From Candidatus Spongiisociaceae bacterium (lineage in GTDB: Bacteria; Actinomycetota; Acidimicrobiia; Spongiisociales; Spongiisociaceae): a stretch of 64,000 nt of DNA. The translations under genes were made by a program, and so were the position numbers. The DNA lies in assembly GCA_965219685.1 (NCBI GenBank), contig CBDCOH010000002.1, forward strand, positions 2,016,001 to 2,080,000, written 5' to 3'. The notes beneath the pieces were generated by a model. The model ran no database searches and was not told the DNA's origin. It was given only the letters and a program-made list of their open reading frames with translations. Below are positions 1 through 9,925 of this stretch, piece after piece (position 1 is the first letter of the stretch; each line of letters opens with the position of its first letter).

Positions 1-428
1 GTGGCGGTGCTTCCGAACGTGTTCTGGAAGGCCATGTAGTGGGCCGCGGAGGTGATGTCGGCCAGCCCCACGATCCCGATGGTCCCGCCGGAGATGCCGT
101 GGTCGGACAGGATCCCGGCGATCTCGACCTCCGGAGTCTGGGTAGCGCGGTAGTCCTGGATCCAGTTCACCAGCGCCACGCGCGAGAGGCCCCACAGCGG
201 ATCGCCTATGAAGGTGGGTTCGCCCGTCTGGGGAAGGACGACCATCCCCCACCCGGCCCATTGGAAGATGTCACTCACGTACTGCACGCGGCCCCGTACG
301 AACTCGTCACCGCGGCTGCAGATGATCATCGCGTCGATCCCGGCTCCTGCCATGGCCTCGCGCAGCACTCGGTGGCGTCGTTCCCGCTCGGCGGGGGAGG
401 AAATGTGGGTCAGCTTGCCTTCAGCCAT
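1..428 (-). CDS. M24 (Xaa-Pro peptidase/creatinase fold) protein, N-terminal part, runs off the window
   Basis: Manual translation from ATG at 428: MAEGKLTHISSPAERERRHRVLREAMAGAGIDAMIICSRGDEFVRGRVQYVSDIFQWAG, nearly identical motif block to the 9923..11101 protein; not in the ORF track because it has no stop in the window. Confidence 0.85.
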   Translation of the reverse strand, partial: MAEGKLTHISSPAERERRHRVLREAMAGAGIDAMIICSRGDEFVRGRVQYVSDIFQWAGWGMVVLPQTGEPTFIGDPLWGLSRVALVNWIQDYRATQTPEVEIAGILSDHGISGGTIGIVGLADITSAAHYMAFQNTFGSTA

Positions 429-444
429 TTGAGACCGGCTCCTT

Positions 445-1173
445 TCAGCTGCTCGGCGTCGGGATCGACGCGGGACGGTGCATGGAAGGGACTTCCGGAT
501 TCTCCAGTTCCTTGCATATCTCGTCGGTTGTCCGGGAGGCTATGAACCCTCCGTCGGTCATCCGCACCAGGGCGTTCTCGTGGAGTTCCCTGGTCGAGGA
601 GGTGCACGCATCCGACACCAGCGACACCGTGTATCCCCGGTCGGCTGCGTCTCGGGCGGAGAGCTCCACGCAACCCTCGGTGACGATCCCGGTGAACACG
701 AGGTGGCTGACGCCCATCCGCTTGAGAACGTTGTCGATGGCGCTGGAGTTGAAGACGCTGGACGAGGTCTTGGAGAAGATCATCTCGTCACCCTGCGCGG
801 CCACCTCCGGCAGGAGTTCGTCATCGTAGGGCTCGCGGGGCACCGGTTCGAGCTCGGCGGACGGCATGAAGGCCTTACCTGCGTCCCGACCGTCGGAGGT
901 CCGGTAGGCCACCCGGACGTGAATGACTTCCTCTCCCGCATCGCGGAACGCGTCCTGGCACCGGCGCACGTTGGGAAGGATGCCGTTGATGTTGTCCCAG
1001 CGTTCCTGCATGGTCTCGGGCTTGCCGGCGGCCTGGGCTATCCGCCCGATCCATCCCTCTGCATGGGCATCGAGGTACTGAAGGTCGATGGTGAGAAGCG
1101 CCGTCTTCCCCGGTTCGATGGAAGGGAAAGACGGGCGGGGGAACAGGTCGTAGAAGGGGTCGTGCAGGTCCAA
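445..1173 (-). CDS. Cysteine hydrolase, isochorismatase/N-carbamoylsarcosine amidase family
   Basis: Asp-Lys-Cys triad contexts TIDLQ, FSKTSSSVF, GIVTEGCVE. Confidence 0.9.
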   Translation of the reverse strand: MDLHDPFYDLFPRPSFPSIEPGKTALLTIDLQYLDAHAEGWIGRIAQAAGKPETMQERWDNINGILPNVRRCQDAFRDAGEEVIHVRVAYRTSDGRDAGKAFMPSAELEPVPREPYDDELLPEVAAQGDEMIFSKTSSSVFNSSAIDNVLKRMGVSHLVFTGIVTEGCVELSARDAADRGYTVSLVSDACTSSTRELHENALVRMTDGGFIASRTTDEICKELENPEVPSMHRPASIPTPSS

Positions 1174-1285
1174 GGTCCTCAGCCTTTCGTCGAGACTGCC
1201 GGTTCATGGGGAACGTGGTTGCCTGCCGCAACCATCTCCACCTCCGGCCGGCGCCAAGTATACGGCTCGCCGCGAAGGGCTCTGC

Positions 1286-2398
1286 CTATACCGTCACCCT
1301 TCGGCCCTCCCGGCTCGAGATCATGACCGCGTCGATGATCCTGTGCAGATCGACTCCGTCGGCGAAGTCCGGTCGGAACCGCCGCCCCTCCCTGATCGAG
1401 TCGGCGAACTCGGCGAGCGCTCGGGCCACGTTGTAGGCGGCGTGTCCTTCAGTGATCGGCGTGTCGGAGAAGTACTCGGCGGGGATGTCGACCTCCTCAA
1501 GTCCCCCGGACTCGGCTCCACCCACTGACACCTGCATGGGACCAACCGAAACCTTCACCGGGCTGAACTGGTAATAGGAAGGAGCAGCGAGAAGTATCTG
1601 CCCTTCCTCGCCGATGATCCGCAGCGAGTAGCCCTGCGGCGGCGATACGGTGTTGGACACATAGGCCGTCCCGACGACGCCTCCTGCCAACTCGGCCATT
1701 GCCATCACAGTGTCGGCCGTCATCCATTCGAAGGTTCCGCCATCGGTGTACACCCCGGCCGGCGAAAGGGTCAACTGCCGAGCGGTGACGCTCTCCACCT
1801 CGCCCAATATGGAGCGGACCGAGTCCATCACGTGGCCGAACGCTACGAACAGCGCTCCGCTGGCCTCTTCATGGCGAACCAGCCACGCGCGGTCACGGTC
1901 CACGTCGAATTTGGATAGCATCTGGGAGACCACGAACGACAGGGGTTTGCCGACCGTACCTTCGGCCACCAGCCGGCGTGCCCAGGCGATCGCCGGGGAG
2001 AATCGACCCTGCAACCCGACCGCGGTGGGGATGCCCCGCCGGCCGGCCAGCGAAGCCATCTCCCGTGCCTCGGTGCTGTCGAGAGCGAGCGGCCACTCGC
2101 AGAACACCGCCTTCCCGGCGCGAAGGGCCGCCATGGACAAGGGGTGGTGGAAGCGGGGCCGGACCGCCACCGTGACCACGTCGACCTCTGGATCGTTGCA
2201 CAGGTCGTCGATGCCCGCGTACCACTTCCGGGCACCCCAGCGTCGGGCTGCTTCTTGAGCCGTCTCCTCCCTGGTCGTGCACACCGCCTGGAGGACCAAT
2301 CCGGGAACGGACTGCACCGCCGGAAGATGGGCCCGATCGCCGAATCCGGGTGGGCTGGCGCCCACTATCCCCACCCGCACCGGATTGCTGTTGCTCAT
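1286..2398 (-). CDS. Gfo/Idh/MocA family oxidoreductase
   Basis: N-terminal VGIVGA Rossmann strand, AGKAVFCEWPLA motif (EKP variant). Confidence 0.9.
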   Translation of the reverse strand: MSNSNPVRVGIVGASPPGFGDRAHLPAVQSVPGLVLQAVCTTREETAQEAARRWGARKWYAGIDDLCNDPEVDVVTVAVRPRFHHPLSMAALRAGKAVFCEWPLALDSTEAREMASLAGRRGIPTAVGLQGRFSPAIAWARRLVAEGTVGKPLSFVVSQMLSKFDVDRDRAWLVRHEEASGALFVAFGHVMDSVRSILGEVESVTARQLTLSPAGVYTDGGTFEWMTADTVMAMAELAGGVVGTAYVSNTVSPPQGYSLRIIGEEGQILLAAPSYYQFSPVKVSVGPMQVSVGGAESGGLEEVDIPAEYFSDTPITEGHAAYNVARALAEFADSIREGRRFRPDFADGVDLHRIIDAVMISSREGRRVTV

Positions 2399-2409
2399 GC
2401 TTGCCCCGC

Positions 2410-3822
2410 CTAACCGTTCGAGTCCGGGTCCGCAACGGGGTTCGCCATCAGCGTATGCCTGACGTGGAGCGGAGGACCGTCGGGAGAGACCAACCTCCCG
2501 CCCGGCTCCCCCACGACCCTTCCCTCGGCGAACACGACCCTGCCTCGGGACAGGGTGGTTAGAACCCGGCCTGCCACTTCCATCCCGTCATAGGCCTTGG
2601 CGCTTCCACCCGATCTGGCCAGAAAGCGCGCCGAGTCGACGACCCAGCGGGAGTCGGGGTCGACGAGCGCCAGATCGGCCTCCGATCCCGGAGATACCGT
2701 GCCCTTGCGGGGGTAGATGCCGAACAGCTTGGCCGGGTTGGCGGTCATCACCTCCACCGCCCTCTCCAGCGGGAACCGCCCGGTCAGGCCGGCGTCCAGC
2801 ATGGTCGGGACCAGCATCTCCAGGGACGGGATGCCCTGGCCGGAGGTGGCGAAGTCGGCGGCCGCCTTCTCCTCGGGCGTGAAGGGAGCGTGGTCGGATG
2901 CCACCACCGAGAGTGACCCTTCGGCGAGCGCCTCCCAGAGGTATGCGACATCCTCGGCGGGGCGCAGCGGAGGCGCGACCTTCACGAAGTTTCCGAAGCG
3001 TCGGATGTAGGACTCGTCGAACAGCAGGTAATGAGGGCATGACTCGCCCGAGAGGTCCGCTCCCAGTGCCTGGGCGGCTTGGACCTCCTCGGTGGCAAGG
3101 CGCGACGTGATGTGGACTATGTGGGCGGGAATCCCGACGTCGCGGGCGATGGTGGCCACCAGACCCACCGCGGCGGCCTCCACCAGGGGAGGCCGGGACG
3201 GGTTGCCCAACCGGTCCGGGTCGACACGGAAGCGTTCTATGAACTGCTGGCTCTCGGAGTGGACCGCGCACCGCAGGCCGGTGGCGCCGACCGTGCGCAG
3301 GCAGTCGTAGATGTGCTCGGGCCCGGAGGCGCAGAGTCCTTCGAACTCGTCTACACGCTCGGGCGGTGGGTCGTGGGTGAAGAGCTTGAATCCGATCGCC
3401 CCGCATTCGGCCATCGCCTCTGCCCGGGCCGGGTCGGTGAAGCCCGCCCCGGAGTAGAGAGCGAAGTCCACCAGGCTCTCGGCTTCCCCGAGCTGCCTCC
3501 GGGCCTCGAAGGCCTCCGGGGTGCTGCACGGCGGGTTGGAGATCGGCATCTCGAACAGGGTCGTGATGCCCGAGGCGGCGGCCGCCCGTGACTCGGAGGC
3601 GAAGGTGGCCCGCTCGGGGTGGCTGGGAGCCCGGCAGTGGAAGTGCGCGTCCACCGCGCCGGGGATCACCAGCAACCCCGATGCGTCTATCTCCTGCCGG
3701 GCCGGCCCGAGAGTCCCATGCGGCGACACATCGGTGATGAACTCGCCCTGCACACCGACATCTGCCGGTCGTGAACGGCCGTCGCTGACCACCGTTCCCC
3801 CGACGATTCTCAGGTCAAGCAT
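2410..3822 (-). CDS. Cyclic amidohydrolase (allantoinase/dihydroorotase/hydantoinase family)
   Basis: PGAVDAHFH, GFKLF (carboxylated Lys), HSE, HIVH, SDHAP motifs. Confidence 0.88.
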   Translation of the reverse strand: MLDLRIVGGTVVSDGRSRPADVGVQGEFITDVSPHGTLGPARQEIDASGLLVIPGAVDAHFHCRAPSHPERATFASESRAAAASGITTLFEMPISNPPCSTPEAFEARRQLGEAESLVDFALYSGAGFTDPARAEAMAECGAIGFKLFTHDPPPERVDEFEGLCASGPEHIYDCLRTVGATGLRCAVHSESQQFIERFRVDPDRLGNPSRPPLVEAAAVGLVATIARDVGIPAHIVHITSRLATEEVQAAQALGADLSGESCPHYLLFDESYIRRFGNFVKVAPPLRPAEDVAYLWEALAEGSLSVVASDHAPFTPEEKAAADFATSGQGIPSLEMLVPTMLDAGLTGRFPLERAVEVMTANPAKLFGIYPRKGTVSPGSEADLALVDPDSRWVVDSARFLARSGGSAKAYDGMEVAGRVLTTLSRGRVVFAEGRVVGEPGGRLVSPDGPPLHVRHTLMANPVADPDSNG

Positions 3823-3976
3823 CAGTCGCTCAGTTCGTCAGTCCGCAGAACAACCTCGCATGTCGTGCCCGCCACCGGTGAATACCGCACCGGACACTTC
3901 ACAGACAGACCGCCCGACCGTCTCTGCTGCTCCCGCCCGGCCACCACAGAGTTAGGCAAACGGCCCGAACCATCGT

Positions 3977-4032
3977 TGGCCACCGATGACCATCTACTGA
4001 CTACCAACTAGGAACCAGGAACCAATCGTCTA
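3977..4032 (-). repeat. Degenerate heptamer tandem repeat downstream of a stop codon
   Basis: Minus strand reads TAG acgat tggttcc tggttcc tagttgg tagtcag tagatgg tcatcgg. Confidence 0.6.
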
Positions 4033-5274
4033 GGCCCGGCGGTAACCGATCTCGGGTCCGGGTCCCCAGCGAGTGCCCATGCCCTCGATGTCCCTTCCGA
4101 CCTGCAGGTAGCCGCCCTCCGACGAGAACGCCATCTGGCCCCTCACGAAGACCCGCTTGACGTCCTTCATATGGTCCAGCGAGGCCAGCGGGTCGCCTCC
4201 CACCGCTACCACGTCGGCGGTCTTGCCCGCTTCGAGGCTGCCCAGTTGGTCCTCGAGTCCCAGGAGCTTGATGCCCCGGCGGGTTATGGAGTTGAGGGCG
4301 TCCAGGTTGTCGGGGCACACCCCGACCTCCACCATGAACTTGAGTTCCTCTGCGATGGCGTAGTGGGGCACCACCGGGCTCCCGGCGTCGGTGCCGAACA
4401 CGATGGGTATGCCGGCCCGGGCCGCGGCCACGTTGCCCGCGAACCGCTCAGGTTCGTTCATCTGGTCCTTGCGCCGCTCAACATCCGACTCGGTCATCCC
4501 GAAGTCCCGACCGAACTTGACCTGCTGAACCAGCGGCGAGAAGGTGGTGACGATCGGCACGCCCTTCTCCACCATCTTCTCGATGGTGGGAGGGGTCAGC
4601 GAGCCACCGTGCTCCACACAGTCCACTCCGGCGTCCACCACCCGCGAGATGGCCTCGTCGAAGGTGGCGTGGGCGGTGACCTTCATCCCGTTCTGGTGAG
4701 CCTCCTCCACCATGGCCCGCAACTCGTCCATGGTGAACTGCACCTCTTCGTGGGAGCCCATGATCTTGATCCACTGAGCGCCGGCCTTGAACTGCTCCCG
4801 GATGGCTTGGCGCACCCCGTAGATACCGTCTGCCTCCCGGCAGCACCACCAGGTGTGCCCACCGGTGGTGCAGATAGCCCGACCGTTGGGAAACAGGCGG
4901 ATCCAGGGCGCCCAACCGTTGTCGATGGCAATCTTGGCATCGATGTTGGCGTTGTTCATACCCAGGTCGCGGATGGTGGTGACCCCGGCCGAGAGCGTCC
5001 GATGGACGTTCATGATCGCTTTCATGGCGTTGACGGCCGGCGACTCGTTGGCCTGCATCTCCAGGTCGTGGGTGCCGTCCCAGCCGAGGTGGACGTGGCA
5101 GTTCACCAGACCGGGCAGCAGGTACATGCCGGAGACGTCCACCACATTGTCCGCCGCCTGCCCGTTGGCCGAACCCACCGAGGCGATCTGCTCGCCGTCG
5201 ATGACCAGGTCCTGTTGCCGCGATGGCCCGCCGTCAAGATTCACGACGACTCCGCCTTTGAGGATTGTGCGCAC
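4030..5274 (-). CDS. Amidohydrolase family protein (Amidohydro_1, prolidase-like subgroup)
   Basis: PGLVNCHVH, IKIM, AHA, EHG, GTDAG motifs; GTG start at 5274 after AAAGGAAA. Confidence 0.88.
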   Translation of the reverse strand: MRTILKGGVVVNLDGGPSRQQDLVIDGEQIASVGSANGQAADNVVDVSGMYLLPGLVNCHVHLGWDGTHDLEMQANESPAVNAMKAIMNVHRTLSAGVTTIRDLGMNNANIDAKIAIDNGWAPWIRLFPNGRAICTTGGHTWWCCREADGIYGVRQAIREQFKAGAQWIKIMGSHEEVQFTMDELRAMVEEAHQNGMKVTAHATFDEAISRVVDAGVDCVEHGGSLTPPTIEKMVEKGVPIVTTFSPLVQQVKFGRDFGMTESDVERRKDQMNEPERFAGNVAAARAGIPIVFGTDAGSPVVPHYAIAEELKFMVEVGVCPDNLDALNSITRRGIKLLGLEDQLGSLEAGKTADVVAVGGDPLASLDHMKDVKRVFVRGQMAFSSEGGYLQVGRDIEGMGTRWGPGPEIGYRRA

Positions 5275-5299
5275 TGTTCGTTTCCTTTCTTGTCGCGGG

Positions 5300-6682
5300 T
5301 CAGATCTTGCCCAGGCGGCGTAGGGCTGTGCCAACCGCCACCAGGTTGGGAAGGGTCAACTCCGAGTAGTTCCGGGAGATCATCACACCCTTTCCCCCGC
5401 CTTCGAACGAGGCCTCCACCATGGCCTCGCAGTCGGCTGGGGTGATGTCACGCGCCACCGTCTCGACTCCCAGGCCTATACCGGGATACACCGCCACGTC
5501 CGGACCGACCGCTTCCACGTAACGCCGGGTGAAGTCGGCAACGTACTGGGGACTGAAGCCGGTGGGAGGCAGATCCTCGAACGGCGCCTCGTCCAGGCCG
5601 AGGATCTTGTACAGGATCGGCGTCCACTCCGACGGTGTGGCATCGCCGAGGATGGTCTTGCACAGGTTGGTCACGAACTTGGCGAACCGGGCACCGCCAG
5701 GGGCGTTGTAGAACACCGGCTTGAGCCAGTCGGCGTAGAGCTTGTACTCGGCCGGGTCGTGGGCGGCTCGCAGCAACGGGTTGAAGGTGTTGATCATCTG
5801 CCAGATGCCGAACCCCACCTGGTAGCCGTCGCCGAAGAACCGGACCAGACCGGAGATCTCGCGATACAGATCCTTGTGACCGTCCCACCACAGCTTCTGC
5901 CACTGCGACACCTCGGGGTATTCGAAGAGGTGGCGCAGGAAGGTGATCAGCTTGCCGTCCCGCGGCTGGTGGCCGGCCCTGACCGCCTTGAGATAGTCAT
6001 GGATCCTCCGGTACCCCTCGGCGGCCCTGCCGGCGTCGATCCCGCGGCGGTGGGCCTCGGACCGGCAATGGACGCAGAAGCAGGTGGGTACCTCGTCGCT
6101 GACGATCATCGAGGAGAGCGGGTCCTCGCGCTCGATGCCCCACAGCACCCCGTTGAGGTCGTACTCGTTCAGCCAGTTGTCGATCACCCCGAACCACCAG
6201 TTCCGGTAGTCGGGGTTGTACAGGCACGGCCGGGTGGCCTTGCGACCCCAGGGATCGACCTCGAGCACCTGCGCGAATCCCGGCTGCCACAAGGGCTTGG
6301 GGTTGCGGTGCGAGGTCTCGCAGTAGTAGGGGAAGACCTCGATACCCCTCTCGCGGGCCGCGGGGATCACGTCGCCGAGGATGTCCCAGCCCTCATACAG
6401 AGGATCGGGAGCGGTGAAGTCCTTGATGCTGGTCCCGTGGTAGTACCGGGAGTCGGGCGGGAAGAAGGCGCCACCTTGCAGGTTGTCGGGCTCCTGGCCG
6501 CCGTGATCCGGGTAGTCGCCACTCCCCGAGCGACCGGCGTTGCCCCGCGCCCACGAAAGGGCGGAGATGAAGATGGCGTTCACACCTGCCGACTCCTGGA
6601 AGATGTCGAGGGTCTCGTCGATCCCCTCGTCGATGAAGCTGATCCCCCCCACCTGCATTCCGACGAATGTCCGGTCGCTCAT
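5300..6682 (-). CDS. Uncharacterised TIM-barrel, glycoside-hydrolase-like protein with CFCxHC motif
   Basis: 460 aa ORF with GC-rich codon usage, tightly packed in the operon; CLYNPDYRNWW and TCFCVHC resemble GH42/DUF187-like barrels. Confidence 0.6.
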   Translation of the reverse strand: MSDRTFVGMQVGGISFIDEGIDETLDIFQESAGVNAIFISALSWARGNAGRSGSGDYPDHGGQEPDNLQGGAFFPPDSRYYHGTSIKDFTAPDPLYEGWDILGDVIPAARERGIEVFPYYCETSHRNPKPLWQPGFAQVLEVDPWGRKATRPCLYNPDYRNWWFGVIDNWLNEYDLNGVLWGIEREDPLSSMIVSDEVPTCFCVHCRSEAHRRGIDAGRAAEGYRRIHDYLKAVRAGHQPRDGKLITFLRHLFEYPEVSQWQKLWWDGHKDLYREISGLVRFFGDGYQVGFGIWQMINTFNPLLRAAHDPAEYKLYADWLKPVFYNAPGGARFAKFVTNLCKTILGDATPSEWTPILYKILGLDEAPFEDLPPTGFSPQYVADFTRRYVEAVGPDVAVYPGIGLGVETVARDITPADCEAMVEASFEGGGKGVMISRNYSELTLPNLVAVGTALRRLGKI

Positions 6683-6683
6683 C

Positions 6684-7655
6684 TCAAGCCTCCGATCGCT
6701 GGGCGATGACCCGGCCCGCCGCGGCCAGTTCCTGCGCTACCGAGATGGCGCTGGGAATGCCGCCGGTGTGCGGGGTCATCAGCAGGTTGGGGGTGCTGCG
6801 CAGGGGGCTGTCCGGAAGGATCGGCTCCCACCAGAAGACATCGAGAGCTGCGCCGGCCAGGTGACCGCTGTGCAGGGCCGCCATCAGGGCGTCCTCGTCC
6901 ACCAGGCGCCCCCGGGCGGTGTTGACGAAGAAGGATCCCGCCGGCATCAGGGCGAACTCGCGGGCGCCCATCATCTTCTCCGTCTCCGGCGTGAACCGGT
7001 TGTGGAGGGAGACGCAGTGCGAAGCCGCCAGCAGTTCGTCGAACGGCAGGTAACGGATGCCCAACTCGGCCTCTTCCTCCGGCGAGAACCGGTTGCGCTT
7101 CGTGTATATGACGTCCATCCCGAACGCCGCCAGCCGGGTGGCCGCCTCGCGTCCGATCTTCCCGACTCCTACCAGCCCGACCCGCTTGCCGACCAGGGCC
7201 TCGAAGATCTCCAGGCCGACCCAGTTGTACGAGTAGTTCTCCTGGTCGGTCACGAAGGGCTCCATGCCCTCGGTGATCACCCCGTCCATGAGCCGCCGGT
7301 GGGCGGTGGGCAGGCGCTTGAAGAGCGCCAGGATCATCATCACGGCGTGCTCCGCCACACTGATCAGCGACGGGGACAGCACCTTGTCGGCCCAGACCCC
7401 CTGCGCCTCGCATATCTCGGCCGAGGGGGTGGCGCCTCCCGAGTCGAGGGTCACGACCCCGCGGAGCGAGGTGAGAGCCGCGAGTTGATCGTCGTCGACG
7501 CCCTTGCGCCAGAGCGCCAGGTAGTCTGCCTGGCCGATCGTGCCGGCGGAGACTGCGTCCTCCAGCACGGTGGCCCCGGCGGGGAGAGCGTCTTGGAGGG
7601 CGGCCACCTGCGCGGGTGAGAACTCCTCGACCAGGGCTACCGACGGGCCGCTCAC
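6684..7655 (-). CDS. D-isomer-specific 2-hydroxyacid dehydrogenase
   Basis: GLVGVGKIG, VNTARGRLVDE, LDVFWWEP, TPHTGG; true start GTG 7655 overlaps the upstream stop (GTGA). Confidence 0.9.
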   Translation of the reverse strand: MSGPSVALVEEFSPAQVAALQDALPAGATVLEDAVSAGTIGQADYLALWRKGVDDDQLAALTSLRGVVTLDSGGATPSAEICEAQGVWADKVLSPSLISVAEHAVMMILALFKRLPTAHRRLMDGVITEGMEPFVTDQENYSYNWVGLEIFEALVGKRVGLVGVGKIGREAATRLAAFGMDVIYTKRNRFSPEEEAELGIRYLPFDELLAASHCVSLHNRFTPETEKMMGAREFALMPAGSFFVNTARGRLVDEDALMAALHSGHLAGAALDVFWWEPILPDSPLRSTPNLLMTPHTGGIPSAISVAQELAAAGRVIAQRSEA

Positions 7656-8848
7656 TTGGCGCTCCTGCAGTCGTTCCACAGCCGTGTGAAGCGGTCCATC
7701 GCCTCGTGCAACTCGTCGCGCGGCGCCAGGTAGGAGATGCGGATGTACTTGACCGCTCCCTCGGCGAAGATGTTGCCGGGCGAGAAGAGCAGCCCGTAGT
7801 CGACCGCCTTGTCGGCGAACGAGACCGCGTCCATCCCCGACCCCGACACGTTGGCGAAGAAGTAGAACCCGCCCTTGGGTTCGCCGTAGGTGACCCCCAG
7901 TTCGTCGAAGGTGGCCCTCATCACGGCCCGCCGTTGGTGGTACTCCACCATCATCTCGTGCAGGAACTCCTGCGGCCCCTCCAGAGCGGCCAGGGCGGCG
8001 TGCTGGGAGGGAAGGGCGGTCGAGATGCTGAGCGAGTGGCGGGGCTCGGTGGCGGCCAGGATGTAGTCGGCCGGCCCGGCCATGTATCCGACCCGGAACC
8101 CGGTCATGCTGTACGCCTTGGAGAACCCGTTGATCGTGATGGTCCGCTCCCACATGTCCGGCAGCGTGGCAAAGCTGATGTGCTCGAAACCGTCGTAGAC
8201 GACCTTCTCGTACAGTTCGTCGGAGATGACGACCAGTCCCGGGTGATCCCGCACGATGTCGGCGATGGCGGACAGGGTCTCGGCCTCGATGACCCCGGCG
8301 GTGGGGTTGTTGGGTGTGACCAGCACCAGCAGCTTGGTCTTGTCGGTGATGGCCGCCTCGATCGCTTCGGGCTTCAGCTCGAAGTCCTCCTCCTCGACGG
8401 TGGGCACGTAGACGAGGTGTCCACCGGCCATGGTGATGTTGGCCGGGTACGCCATGTAATGAGGAGTGGCCAGGAGGACCTCGTCGCCGGGATCGAGGAG
8501 GGTCTGGAGGCTGACCGCCATCGACTCCTGCGCGCCGGCGGTGACGAGGATCTCCGACTCGGCGTCGTACTCGAGATTGTTGTCCTGCTTGAACTTCCGG
8601 GAAATAGCCTCCCGCAACTCGATCATGCCCCCCGGCGGTGTGTAACCGATGTGGCCGGTGTCCAGGCAGCGCTTGGCGGCTTCGACGATGTGGGAAGGTG
8701 TGGGGATGTCCGGCTCTCCCCTGACAAGGCGGATGATGTCGTCACGGCCCTGAACCTTCCTCATTATCTGGAAGTAGGGCGACTCGTGCCCGCCGCGGAT
8801 GCGCAGGGTGCGCTCGGCCAGCGCGGCTCTCAGCTTGCTTTGGCTCAT
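7652..8848 (-). CDS. PLP-dependent aminotransferase class I/II
   Basis: GEPD, PNNPTA, SDELY, GFSKAYSMTGFRVG motifs. Confidence 0.93.
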   Translation of the reverse strand: MSQSKLRAALAERTLRIRGGHESPYFQIMRKVQGRDDIIRLVRGEPDIPTPSHIVEAAKRCLDTGHIGYTPPGGMIELREAISRKFKQDNNLEYDAESEILVTAGAQESMAVSLQTLLDPGDEVLLATPHYMAYPANITMAGGHLVYVPTVEEEDFELKPEAIEAAITDKTKLLVLVTPNNPTAGVIEAETLSAIADIVRDHPGLVVISDELYEKVVYDGFEHISFATLPDMWERTITINGFSKAYSMTGFRVGYMAGPADYILAATEPRHSLSISTALPSQHAALAALEGPQEFLHEMMVEYHQRRAVMRATFDELGVTYGEPKGGFYFFANVSGSGMDAVSFADKAVDYGLLFSPGNIFAEGAVKYIRISYLAPRDELHEAMDRFTRLWNDCRSAK

Positions 8849-8914
8849 TGGGACTCCATGTGTGGGGCTTTCGGATCGGTGGATGTCGTCTCGATTGGCA
8901 TGTCCGGATGCAAC

Positions 8915-9847
8915 TCAGCCGCCCAGGTCGGCGTAGCGCCGCATTCCCTCGGCGATCCCGATCGGGTCCCATCCGAGCTCGGCTCGGGCCTTGTCGCAGG
9001 AGATGGTGGTCGCACGGTCGGGGGTGGCGTCGATCAGCAGTTCGGCGCCGTCGTCCACCGTGACACCGAACGACGCCACTGCTGCATCCAGCACATCCCG
9101 GAACGGGATGGGATTGCCGGATGAGAAGGCGAACGAGCGGCGGTCCATGTCCCCCGAGTAGAAGCGGTGGGCCCCTTCGGCCACGTCGTCCACGAACACC
9201 CAGTCGCAGCGGTCATCCATGCCGATCACCCTCACCGGAACCCCGTCCATCGCCGCGTCGGCCAGCTGTTTGGCCTGGGTGACGAACGGGCGGGTGTTGC
9301 GGAACTCCTCGGCCGGACCGTACATCGAAGTAGGGCGGATGGCGCCGGCGTCGAACCCGAACATGTCGGCGTACCTGAAGATCATGATCTCGGCCGCCAG
9401 CTTGGCCGAGCCATACAGCGAGAACCCGCCGTCGGCGTCGGCTTCGGTGAGAACTTCCTCCTCGAACTGGTTGTACACCCCGGCGGAGGAGATGAACAGG
9501 AACTTGCCGAGGTTCTCCTTGCGGGCAAACTCCAAGGCGTTGAGGGTCCCGATGAGGTTGACCCGGACCAGGCTGGAGGGATCCTCCTTGGTCTCCTGGA
9601 TGCTGGGCGTCAGCGCCGCGGCGTGGACGATCCCGTCGACCGGCCCGGTGACCTCCGTCGACCAGGCATCCGGATCACCGACGTCCAGCACCACGTACTC
9701 GAGCCGATCGCTCGGGGTGTCCGAACGAGGGGCGAACTCGTCGGGCGGGAGGATGTCCGCCGCAACCACGTGTTCGCCTCCCCGGGCAAAGGCACGCACC
9801 AATGCCCTGCCGAAGAACCCCGCTGCTCCTGTCACCAATACTCTCAT
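8915..9847 (-). CDS. NAD-dependent epimerase/dehydratase (extended SDR)
   Basis: VTGAAGFFG, SSAGVY, YGSAK motifs. Confidence 0.9.
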   Translation of the reverse strand: MRVLVTGAAGFFGRALVRAFARGGEHVVAADILPPDEFAPRSDTPSDRLEYVVLDVGDPDAWSTEVTGPVDGIVHAAALTPSIQETKEDPSSLVRVNLIGTLNALEFARKENLGKFLFISSAGVYNQFEEEVLTEADADGGFSLYGSAKLAAEIMIFRYADMFGFDAGAIRPTSMYGPAEEFRNTRPFVTQAKQLADAAMDGVPVRVIGMDDRCDWVFVDDVAEGAHRFYSGDMDRRSFAFSSGNPIPFRDVLDAAVASFGVTVDDGAELLIDATPDRATTISCDKARAELGWDPIGIAEGMRRYADLGG

Positions 9848-9859
9848 TACCTCTCCTCG

Positions 9860-9925
9860 TTGCTTCTTGCTAGTTACGAGTCATTAGTCAGTAAACGGAC
9901 ACCGACTACCGGCCACTACCGACTA
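9860..9925 (-). repeat. Degenerate heptamer repeats in two opposed orientations
   Basis: Minus strand tagtcgg tagtggccgg tagtcgg ... tactgac taatgac tcgtaac tagcaag. Confidence 0.5.
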
